NCBI GenBank assembly: GCA_031392315.1
Contig: JANMVC010000130.1
Coordinates: 1 to 41,444, forward strand
DNA from: Pyrinomonadaceae bacterium
Lineage (GTDB): Bacteria > Acidobacteriota > Blastocatellia > Pyrinomonadales > Pyrinomonadaceae
Direction: 5' to 3'
DNA: 41,444 bases
The position numbers and the translations under genes are program-made. Shown one piece after another: positions 34,176-40,658 of this stretch. The stretch's first letter is position 1; each line of letters begins with the position of its first letter. A model generated the notes under the pieces. It had not been told where the DNA came from, ran no database searches, and saw nothing but the letters and a program-made list of their open reading frames with translations.

Positions 34176-34552
34176 TCCGCCCGCTCCTTGTGCGCAGCGA
34201 CGCGAGCTGCTGCCGATTTCAGTTGCGAGAGGGAAAGGTTGACGGGTTCGTTGTCGCCAACTTTGATGGACATCGAGGTGCCACCGATACCCGGCAGCTT
34301 CGGATTCTCAAAATCCTCGATGTCGCACGAGCTTTGAATCTCATCTGAGAATTTGCGCGAATAAGCGAGCGTCCCGATGGTGTAAAGCTTGGTGTTCACG
34401 AGCGAGAGCGTGAAACCCAAACTCACTTTTAGTTTCCCTTCCGGTGAGTCGTTCAATTCAAGGGCCATTGCCGACACATTGTTTGCAATCAGATCCGTGA
34501 CCGCCTTTCGGATCTCCGGTTCCATCGCTTCAGATAGTTGGCTTAGGTTCAT
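34172..34552 (-). CDS. Hypothetical protein (126 aa from the ATG; track start is TTG at 34570)
   Basis: Its stop overlaps the ATPase start (ATGA). Confidence 0.65.
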   Translation of the reverse strand: MNLSQLSEAMEPEIRKAVTDLIANNVSAMALELNDSPEGKLKVSLGFTLSLVNTKLYTIGTLAYSRKFSDEIQSSCDIEDFENPKLPGIGGTSMSIKVGDNEPVNLSLSQLKSAAARVAAHKERAE

Positions 34553-34560
34553 AGATAGAA

Positions 34561-34656
34561 TGCGGGGCAATGGTTCACTTGTTGTTTTCTGCCCTCACGG
34601 CAGCGGGATCACATCCATGACCCCGAATAATAGTTAAGCTCTCCAGTCGCCCCGCA
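34561..34656 (-). other. Structured intergenic element (8-bp arms TGCGGGGC/GCCCCGCA enclosing 80 nt)
   Basis: Inverted repeat 34561-34568 / 34649-34656 with an inner CTGCC-N5-GGCAG hairpin. Confidence 0.4.
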
Positions 34657-34672
34657 AATTGTTGTTCATTGT

Positions 34673-34888
34673 TCAAACGAGCTTCTTAGCGTTGCAGTCG
34701 CCGCCTGAACCCCATTGCACGCGCTTGGATCGAAGCCAGTTGATCGCAACCGACAGGTCCGGCTCGGCGATGTCCCAGACGCGCACGCAATTGTCGGAAA
34801 TCAACCTAGCCTCGGAGAGCAGGTGCATTACCTGCGGGTCCGTCAATTCGAGCCGCTTCATCTGAGCGAGTAGATCAGAGTGAGTCAT
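34673..34888 (-). CDS. Hypothetical protein (71 aa; start moved to MTHSDLL)
   Basis: ATGA overlap with the upstream micro-ORF. Confidence 0.6.
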   Translation of the reverse strand: MTHSDLLAQMKRLELTDPQVMHLLSEARLISDNCVRVWDIAEPDLSVAINWLRSKRVQWGSGGDCNAKKLV

Positions 34889-34998
34889 GGGGTTATCTCG
34901 CACCCGCGCACGAACAGAACCGCAAGCACGAGCAGCCAGAGAAATATCGAGAGCACGACGACGCCGAATGCGCCGCAGTTTTTGGATGGGTGGTTCAT
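34885..34998 (-). CDS. Unlisted micro-ORF, single-pass membrane peptide (37 aa)
   Basis: Manual translation gives MNHPSKNCGAFGVVVLSIFLWLLVLAVLFVRGCEITP. ATGA overlaps at both ends. Confidence 0.45.
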   Translation of the reverse strand: MNHPSKNCGAFGVVVLSIFLWLLVLAVLFVRGCEITP

Positions 34999-35375
34999 GG
35001 CTTTGACCTTTGGGCGAGCATGGCGTCGGCGCAGGCGTAGCAGTATTTAGCCATGTCGATGTAGCTCACTGTCCCGTTTTTGATCCGTTCGATGTCGGCC
35101 ATTGAGTCTATGGTGAACGCGGTCGCAACTTGCCCCGCGAAGTAATCACGAAGGGTCATGCCCTCCTGCATGGTGGTAGGAAAAGCGGTAACGCCGTCCT
35201 TGGCTTGACTCACGCTCCCTCCCAGCTCCGCAATCCTGGCGTGAAGCGGGGCGGTGGCTGCGTCGATGGCGGCCTGGACATAGACACCTTTGTCTTGATG
35301 TTGCCCTTGATTGTGGTTGTAGCGGAGAACCTCTTGCTGCGCTGAGTCTCTCGCCGCTTTTGAAATCTCGTTCAC
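34995..35375 (-). CDS. Hypothetical protein (126 aa from the GTG)
   Basis: GGAGGTGGGAAGTGA context: SD plus a GTGA overlap with the upstream micro-ORF. Confidence 0.6.
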   Translation of the reverse strand: MNEISKAARDSAQQEVLRYNHNQGQHQDKGVYVQAAIDAATAPLHARIAELGGSVSQAKDGVTAFPTTMQEGMTLRDYFAGQVATAFTIDSMADIERIKNGTVSYIDMAKYCYACADAMLAQRSKP

Positions 35376-35533
35376 TTCCCACCTCCAGCAATCCAGCTCA
35401 GCACCGCGCACAAAACTAAGAGCAGCGCACATGTCACCCGCCAGAACTGGAGCTTGTCCTTCAACTCCTCAACCTTCGCCGGGTGAAGATCCAATAGCTC
35501 AGCCTGCAATTCGCGTCCGTTGGTTTCGATCAT
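35372..35533 (-). CDS. Unlisted micro-ORF, C-terminally anchored membrane peptide (53 aa)
   Basis: Manual translation gives MIETNGRELQAELLDLHPAKVEELKDKLQFWRVTCALLLVLCAVLSWIAGGGK. ATGA overlap with the PAPS-reductase stop. Confidence 0.5.
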   Translation of the reverse strand: MIETNGRELQAELLDLHPAKVEELKDKLQFWRVTCALLLVLCAVLSWIAGGGK

Positions 35534-36333
35534 GGGGTGAGTGGGTTAATGCAGTCCTTGCACATGGGTTGAAACTCTGTTTGCTGGCAGGCTTTGCGAG
35601 TGCGAGGGAATTGATCGCCCCATCCAAAGCCGTGCTGCTTGATGGCCTCAGCTTCAAGCTCATTCAGTCGCTTCCCCCAGCACGGATAAAGCGCGGATGC
35701 CTCTGCCCGTTCAGCTTTGCTTTGCATGGTCCCGCACATGCACTCGCCAGAGCGGCATAGCTGAACCGCCACCGGATTGATCGGCACCTTGCGACTGACC
35801 AAATAGGCGTCACGCTCAGTTTGGCTCCAGTCGTGAATCAGGTTGACCCAGAGATTGTTTTTACGAGCCGGGTCCAGTCGCCACTTCTGAAGATGCTTTT
35901 TGCGATTCTCGCTCTCATCTTTTCGGGCACCGTTTAGAAGCATGACGCGGACGCCGCGTTGGCGCTTGCGTAGTAGTCGCGAGATTGTCGCCCGGAAAGG
36001 GTCCGCCTTGAGAATCCGATAAGAGAACCCATGAGCCGCGATGCCGACGCCAAAGAACCCCTTGCGCATTACGTAGGACTCGTAGGCGGTTCCGGCATCC
36101 GCTTCCGCGTAGTCAGACTTCGGCCCGTATTTAGCCCTGACAAATTCCGTTGTCTCTGGAATACCGCAGCGGGTGTTGCCGTGAATCACCAGATCGATCT
36201 TCACCCCAAGTTCACGCGCCACTTCGTCGGAGGCTGCGCTGTCCTTGCCGCCTGACACCATTGAGACGATGTGTGTTGGATTGAACATCTCCACGGCATC
36301 GCGAAAGATTTGCTGAGAGCTTTCGAGGTTCAT
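35530..36333 (-). CDS. PAPS reductase/DndC-like PP-loop ATPase family protein (267 aa)
   Basis: PP-loop SMVSGGKDS near the N-terminus. Cys-rich C-terminus (CRSGECMCG...PCW...MCKDC). Confidence 0.75.
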   Translation of the reverse strand: MNLESSQQIFRDAVEMFNPTHIVSMVSGGKDSAASDEVARELGVKIDLVIHGNTRCGIPETTEFVRAKYGPKSDYAEADAGTAYESYVMRKGFFGVGIAAHGFSYRILKADPFRATISRLLRKRQRGVRVMLLNGARKDESENRKKHLQKWRLDPARKNNLWVNLIHDWSQTERDAYLVSRKVPINPVAVQLCRSGECMCGTMQSKAERAEASALYPCWGKRLNELEAEAIKQHGFGWGDQFPRTRKACQQTEFQPMCKDCINPLTP

Positions 36334-36339
36334 GGTGGG

Positions 36340-36708
36340 TTAAAAGTTACGCGAGCGCATCCGTTCGCCCGCGTTGGCATCCGTGCCGACTGATCCTGGA
36401 ATGAATTCCCCCGCCGATTGAGTCCGGCCCATTACAGGTGACGGCGCACACGCACGCCTAACGGAGTGAATGGCTTTGCTCCCTATCGCTTCGCCGCTTC
36501 CTTCAACGGGAGCTACCCTCGTAGGCGACTCGGTTAGCAAAAACGCGGGGGAAATTGAAAAGACCGGCCACAGCGCCAAGGAGGTTGCGCGGGAAGGATT
36601 GCGCGAAGAACGTCCGCAGCCGGTCAAAGTGTCAAACCGCGTAGATCCACCTACGTTGCCAAAGGTAGGTAACTCTCTTAGAGTCGCGGGTAAAAAAAGG
36701 GGAATCAT
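36340..36708 (-). CDS. Questionable hypothetical protein (122 aa) in a region of ambiguous coding potential
   Basis: AAGGTGG SD and an ATGA overlap support it. The Ser/Arg/Pro/Gly-rich product and a competing plus-strand ORF (36470..36790) argue against it. Confidence 0.35.
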   Translation of the reverse strand: MIPLFLPATLRELPTFGNVGGSTRFDTLTGCGRSSRNPSRATSLALWPVFSISPAFLLTESPTRVAPVEGSGEAIGSKAIHSVRRACAPSPVMGRTQSAGEFIPGSVGTDANAGERMRSRNF

Positions 36709-37037
36709 CTCGTCCACCTTCCGTTTGGGAAAGCCTGCTTTACCCCGCCGTTTGGATACGGGTTGTGGTTTTGAACAATGCAACCAATGACTTCCAGCTT
36801 GGTTTCCGACTTGTAATCGTCATCGCTCGCGCCTGATGTCGCGAAGCATTCCCAGCAAACGTGCGTGAAAGGCGGAATTCGACGCCGTTCTCCGCAGCAC
36901 AGGCAGACACCGTTCGCCTGTTCAACCTCGGGCTCGGTCACCACGTCGGGCGCAGTCGCTCGCTGCGCCTCATGCGCTGCCGCCGCGTAAAAGTCGCCGC
37001 GCATCCGCACGAATTCTTGGGATTCTTGGGTGTTCAT
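36705..37037 (-). CDS. Zinc-ribbon small protein (110 aa; start moved to MNTQESQ)
   Basis: CLCCGERRRIPPFTHVCWEC. ATGA overlap with the HNH stop. Confidence 0.6.
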   Translation of the reverse strand: MNTQESQEFVRMRGDFYAAAAHEAQRATAPDVVTEPEVEQANGVCLCCGERRRIPPFTHVCWECFATSGASDDDYKSETKLEVIGCIVQNHNPYPNGGVKQAFPNGRWTR

Positions 37038-37402
37038 TTGAATTGATGAGTGTCCGGATTGAACGCCTGAAACCACGTCACCTTCCTGGGTCTCCCAGTC
37101 TTTGCGTGAACCATTGGCAGGCAACAAAACTCAGGCGGTATGTTCTCTGAATGGCAAAACCGCAACCACTCGTAGGCTTTGTTTAAACAGTTTAAAAATT
37201 GATGGGCTTTCCTGTGACACTTGGCGCAATACCAAACAACATCGAGCGGCTTTGAATAATTGAAGTGATGAGCATGTAGCTGCTTTGAGGGCACCCTATG
37301 TGTGCATTTCTGGCAGCGAGTTGGCTTAAACAGCCGTCCGGTTCGCAGGGCTTTTTGAACCAGTGCGCCTGCTTGCTCTACGGATAGCGATTCAGTGTTC
37401 AT
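37034..37402 (-). CDS. HNH endonuclease-like protein (122 aa)
   Basis: CQKC...LHAHHFNYSKPLDVVWYCAKCHRKAH. Confidence 0.7.
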   Translation of the reverse strand: MNTESLSVEQAGALVQKALRTGRLFKPTRCQKCTHRVPSKQLHAHHFNYSKPLDVVWYCAKCHRKAHQFLNCLNKAYEWLRFCHSENIPPEFCCLPMVHAKTGRPRKVTWFQAFNPDTHQFK

Positions 37403-37419
37403 TTGTTTCAGGATTCAAA

Positions 37420-37510
37420 GACCCCGCGCCTCTTGTTGATCCGTGAGGCGTCGCCGCTCTCACCGGCTGCTTGCGCAGACCGTCCAGGTTTCGTAGTGGG
37501 GCGCGGGGTC
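37420..37510 (-). other. 91-nt structured element (11-bp GC stem closing two inner hairpins): candidate terminator or RNA element after the first early gene
   Basis: Perfect inverted repeat GACCCCGCGCC (37420-37430) / GGCGCGGGGTC (37500-37510). Inner hairpins include a GCAA tetraloop stem. UUUGAAU follows the 3-prime arm. Confidence 0.45.
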
Positions 37511-37567
37511 AAAGCGCTCATGGGGTATTTGCCGTAAGTGAATTTCTTAGTCGCGAGAGCAAAAAAA

Positions 37568-37762
37568 TTAGGCGGCGATGAGATGCGCGAAACGTTTTCC
37601 GGCGAACGGCTGGAGTTCCTTCTTGAGCGCACGTCGCAGCAGTTCTGAAAATGGAACGCCTTGGTTCTCTACAACCCACCGCTCCAGCACTGGCTCCAGC
37701 CCTTTGGTTTTAATTCCTATTGTGGAGGGGATTTTGGTTTTCGCTTGCATCGTCCGTGACAT
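37568..37762 (-). CDS. Ribbon-helix-helix protein, Cro-like first gene of the early operon (64 aa)
   Basis: STIGIKTKGLEPVLERWVVENQGVPFSELLRRALKKEL fits strand-helix-helix. Divergent from the plus-strand RHH gene. Confidence 0.6.
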   Translation of the reverse strand: MSRTMQAKTKIPSTIGIKTKGLEPVLERWVVENQGVPFSELLRRALKKELQPFAGKRFAHLIAA

Positions 37763-37833
37763 GGTTAACTTGTTAACCTTTTCATCGGACGTTGGGAAGA
37801 AATATTTAACTAACTTCTTGCCTTTGGTTAACC
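37763..37833. promoter_or_regulatory. Divergent control region with three GTTAAC-core palindromes (operator candidates)
   Basis: GGTTAACttGTTAACC at 37763-37778 abuts the minus-strand ATG. A perfect GGTTAACC palindrome lies at 37826-37833. Confidence 0.5.
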
Positions 37834-37889
37834 AACGGGTATCGTGCCCCCGTATTCATTGGCTGTATGGCAGTGAAAAAAAGGACATT

Positions 37890-38192
37890 ATGAAATCGAA
37901 AGAAGTGATCGGAGTGAAGCTGGAGCGCGAGTTGGACGAGTTGTTTACGGAAATCGTTGCCGATTTGAAAATCCGTAAGTCGGAACTTGCTGAACGCTCA
38001 ATCCGGCTCGGATTGGGCGCGGCTGTAGGGGAAATAATTGCCGAACGGAAGCAGGGCGTTCAGCGGGTATCCAAGAAGTCCATTTCCACAAGAATCATGG
38101 AGATGGGGAGCAACTTGGCCGTCCTGCGGGGCACTTCATGTGCAACGCTGTTGCGGGCGTTCGTGGGTTCTTCCCGGCTCTCACGAACGTAG
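37890..38192 (+). CDS. Ribbon-helix-helix protein, candidate prophage repressor (100 aa; start moved to MKSKEVIG)
   Basis: AAGGA lies 5 nt upstream of the ATG. VIGVKLERELDELFTEIVADLKIRKSELAERSIRLGL fits RHH. Co-oriented with the integrase. Confidence 0.6.
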   Translation: MKSKEVIGVKLERELDELFTEIVADLKIRKSELAERSIRLGLGAAVGEIIAERKQGVQRVSKKSISTRIMEMGSNLAVLRGTSCATLLRAFVGSSRLSRT

Positions 38193-38234
38193 AACCACTC
38201 CCCGATTGAAACGCAGTATCCCTAATTGCGGTGA

Positions 38235-39140
38235 ATGGCTAGCTCGCGGAGCTTGATTGTCATGACCCAAGAAAAGATCCCTCAGTGGCCGCTTATCGTC
38301 GGTGACTTTTTAAACGACAGGAAGGGAAAGAATCGCCGCCCCACCTACATCAAAACGTTAAAATCCTACCTCACTAGATTTACTGGAGCGGTTTCAACGA
38401 TGGGTTGCAACACACTGGAGGACGTGAAGCGGGAGCACGTCGAACGGTGGTTCAGTCAACGCGTGGAGAATCCGGCAACACGATGTGCCGGGCACGCCCG
38501 GATCTCTTCGATGTTCTCTTGGGGCGTTAAAGCGGACAAGTGCCAGACCAATATCATGCAGAAGATAGACCGGCCAACAGTTGAACGCGGAGAGGCGACG
38601 ATACTAACCGCAGCTCAGGCGATTAAGCTACTGGCCGTCACAAGACAGCTAAAGCCGGGGATGCTGGCCTACGTTGCGCTCGGCCTGTTCGCTGGCATTC
38701 GACCGCACGAGCTTTCGCGGATGACGTGGAAGGATATTGACACCAGACCGCGCGACACGGCTCCCGGGTTGGTGGGTTACGGCATGGCCACCGTATCGGC
38801 GGCCGCCGCGAAGGTTAGACATCGGCGAACCGTTCCGCTTCACCCGACGCTTTTGAAATGGTTGGAGTTTTGCCCACGGGTTGAGCATCCGAAGCGGCCA
38901 GGGATGATCGTTCCATTCACTCGCGGCGACGCGCAAACGAACTGGCTTGCCCGTCGAGCGAACATCGAATGGATTCCAGACATCCTACGGCACACCGCCG
39001 CGTCGCAGATGCTGGCCATGCATCAGAACGAATACATCGTTGCTCGATGGCTTGGGCATTCGCCGCAAATCCTGTTCAACCATTACTTTTCACTCGTCAC
39101 GCCCGAGGACTGCGCGGCGTTCTGGTCCATTTCACCTTAA
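38235..39140 (+). CDS. int: Tyrosine recombinase / phage integrase (301 aa; alternative ATG at 38262)
   Basis: Catalytic pattern: GIRPHEL (Arg), LRHTAAS (His-x-x-Arg), LGHS (His), NHYFS (Tyr). Confidence 0.85.
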   Translation: MASSRSLIVMTQEKIPQWPLIVGDFLNDRKGKNRRPTYIKTLKSYLTRFTGAVSTMGCNTLEDVKREHVERWFSQRVENPATRCAGHARISSMFSWGVKADKCQTNIMQKIDRPTVERGEATILTAAQAIKLLAVTRQLKPGMLAYVALGLFAGIRPHELSRMTWKDIDTRPRDTAPGLVGYGMATVSAAAAKVRHRRTVPLHPTLLKWLEFCPRVEHPKRPGMIVPFTRGDAQTNWLARRANIEWIPDILRHTAASQMLAMHQNEYIVARWLGHSPQILFNHYFSLVTPEDCAAFWSISP

Positions 39141-39147
39141 ACCTTTT

Positions 39148-39303
39148 ATGCAAAACATCGAAAAGAAAACCGAATGCACAATCGAACCACCGAAGGAGCG
39201 TAAGTGCCTTATGTGCGGGAAGCCTTTTGTGCCGACTCCTCAGAACCTGACTGGGTGCAAAGCGTGCCTGAGGTCGTGTAAGAAAAAGGACGGCAGACCA
39301 TAG
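39148..39303 (+). CDS. Small zinc-ribbon protein (51 aa)
   Basis: MQNIEKK...CLMCGKPF...GCKACLRSC. ATG at 39148 within track ORF 38947..39303. Confidence 0.5.
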   Translation: MQNIEKKTECTIEPPKERKCLMCGKPFVPTPQNLTGCKACLRSCKKKDGRP

Positions 39304-39348
39304 ATTTTGTAATTGCCCGCCGCCTCTCTTGGGTTTAGAGACGGCGGA

Positions 39349-39843
39349 ATGAGATACCTCGCCGCCCTCGCCTGCCTGCTTTGCGTCGCCGTGGTGACAC
39401 GCGGGCAGGTTGTCACCACTAATACAGTCACCGCTGATCCTTCGTTCAGGGTTGTTCGCGGCCAACTCTACAACGTCTACAAGTCGCAGCTGTGGTCAAG
39501 GGTGAACGGTGAATGCGTTGATGTGCTCAGCAACGCAGTAATTTGTCGAGAGTTCAAAACGGAGCGATCTGTTACGATTAGGAGTTCGCCAGCCGGCCGA
39601 TCTGGTGCTTTCGGTGGCGGAGGTGGCGTTGCCTATTCCCCTCCTTGGAGGGTTTACGGTTCCATGTTTATCCTGACGAACTACACCGGCAGCGCCAAGA
39701 TTGGCGCGACCATCTCGGAAAAGGCTTTGTTTGTTCATGGCATCAGGATCGCTGGTGAGCCTGGGGAGCTTTGGGATTTCGGACTGCCTCACGTCGTAAC
39801 CGTGGTAACAACGAACACCGCCAGGGCAAAACCTGAACGTTGA
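39349..39843 (+). CDS. Secreted protein, lysogeny-side moron (164 aa from the ATG)
   Basis: N-terminus MRYLAALACLLCVAVVTRG-Q. The track start at 39313 is TTG. Confidence 0.6.
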   Translation: MRYLAALACLLCVAVVTRGQVVTTNTVTADPSFRVVRGQLYNVYKSQLWSRVNGECVDVLSNAVICREFKTERSVTIRSSPAGRSGAFGGGGGVAYSPPWRVYGSMFILTNYTGSAKIGATISEKALFVHGIRIAGEPGELWDFGLPHVVTVVTTNTARAKPER

Positions 39844-40007
39844 AATAGAAAAGAGGCGAGCAGCCTCTCCCCCGCAACCACTTAGCAATAAAGTGAAAAT
39901 AATTTCAGAAACCCGTTGACGAATTACCAGAATCAAGACAAAGTAACCCCGTTGAACAAAACGTTCAGCCCGGTGTAAGAGCCGGAACAAAAAGAAAAGG
40001 CAACGAT

Positions 40008-40301
40008 ATGAAAAATACTTACACTGAAAAACGGGAATGTTTCGGCGGCGGGCAGAGCGAATACCAGATGACTCAAACGGACATGTGGAAAGGTAAGCAG
40101 CTCGGGAGTGAGCTTACCGAGGCTCACACGCTCCAGACGGTTGAGTGCGATCACTACGAAAACGAGGACGCTGAAGGAATCGAAATTGAGCGTAATGTTT
40201 GGGTGAAAAAGTCCCTTGTGAAAAGCGTCACTTGGAGGAGTGACGCCATCACCAAGTGCTCAGTGTTGGCTCGAATCGAATACGCTCGCCCCCTAAACTG
40301 A
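40008..40301 (+). CDS. Hypothetical protein (97 aa)
   Basis: Clean ORF followed by a hairpin cluster. Confidence 0.6.
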   Translation: MKNTYTEKRECFGGGQSEYQMTQTDMWKGKQLGSELTEAHTLQTVECDHYENEDAEGIEIERNVWVKKSLVKSVTWRSDAITKCSVLARIEYARPLN

Positions 40302-40312
40302 ATAAAAATTTA

Positions 40313-40396
40313 GCCTCCCTGCTTGCAGGGCTTCCAGCGCCTCGGGGCGCACGTTGCCTCCCTGACTCTTAACGAGCAGCGGAGGCTATTGATTTT
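40313..40396 (+). terminator. Three consecutive hairpins; the last (GCCTCCCTG..CAGCGGAGGC + UAUUGAUUUU) is terminator-like
   Basis: CCCTG-CTTG-CAGGG (40317-40330), GCGCC-TCGG-GGCGC (40337-40350), and 40356-40386 followed by a T-rich tail. GCCTCCCTG occurs twice. Confidence 0.35.
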
Positions 40397-40612
40397 ATGA
40401 ATAGCACCGCTCGAAAAATGATCGACTGGTCGAGGGTCGATTGGTCGAAACCAAACGCGAAGCTCGCGAAAAAGTTCAGCGTGACGAAACAAAATGTGGC
40501 CTACGCCCGGCGGCGGCATTCGACCGTCCAGGATCCCGTCGGCCACGGCGGTAGGCGAAAAGGTGCAGGGATGAAATCACCATCGGATAATCACACCGCC
40601 CGGCGCACCTGA
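40397..40612 (+). CDS. Small HTH DNA-binding protein (71 aa), possible excisionase/regulator
   Basis: NAKLAKKFSVTKQNVAYARRR is HTH-like. Basic C-tail. Confidence 0.55.
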   Translation: MNSTARKMIDWSRVDWSKPNAKLAKKFSVTKQNVAYARRRHSTVQDPVGHGGRRKGAGMKSPSDNHTARRT

Positions 40613-40658
40613 GCCGCCGCTAAACGCGCGTCTGGTTTGAGGATGGCGTCAGCGACGG

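Noticed and set aside
36470-36790. 106-aa plus-strand ORF as a real antisense gene
   Set aside because: Not adopted as a feature. It would overlap the 3-prime end of 36705..37037 on the opposite strand, and its SD spacing is only about 3 nt. It is kept as an open alternative in the findings.
37408-37632. 74-aa minus-strand ORF
   Set aside because: It overlaps the RHH gene in another frame and lies over the 11-bp-stem structured element. It has no SD or coupling.
40311-40389. tRNA or tRNA-fragment (possible attP core) in the three-hairpin block
   Set aside because: It looks cloverleaf-like at first glance, but there is no T-loop (GTTCRANYC) and no acceptor/CCA geometry on either strand.
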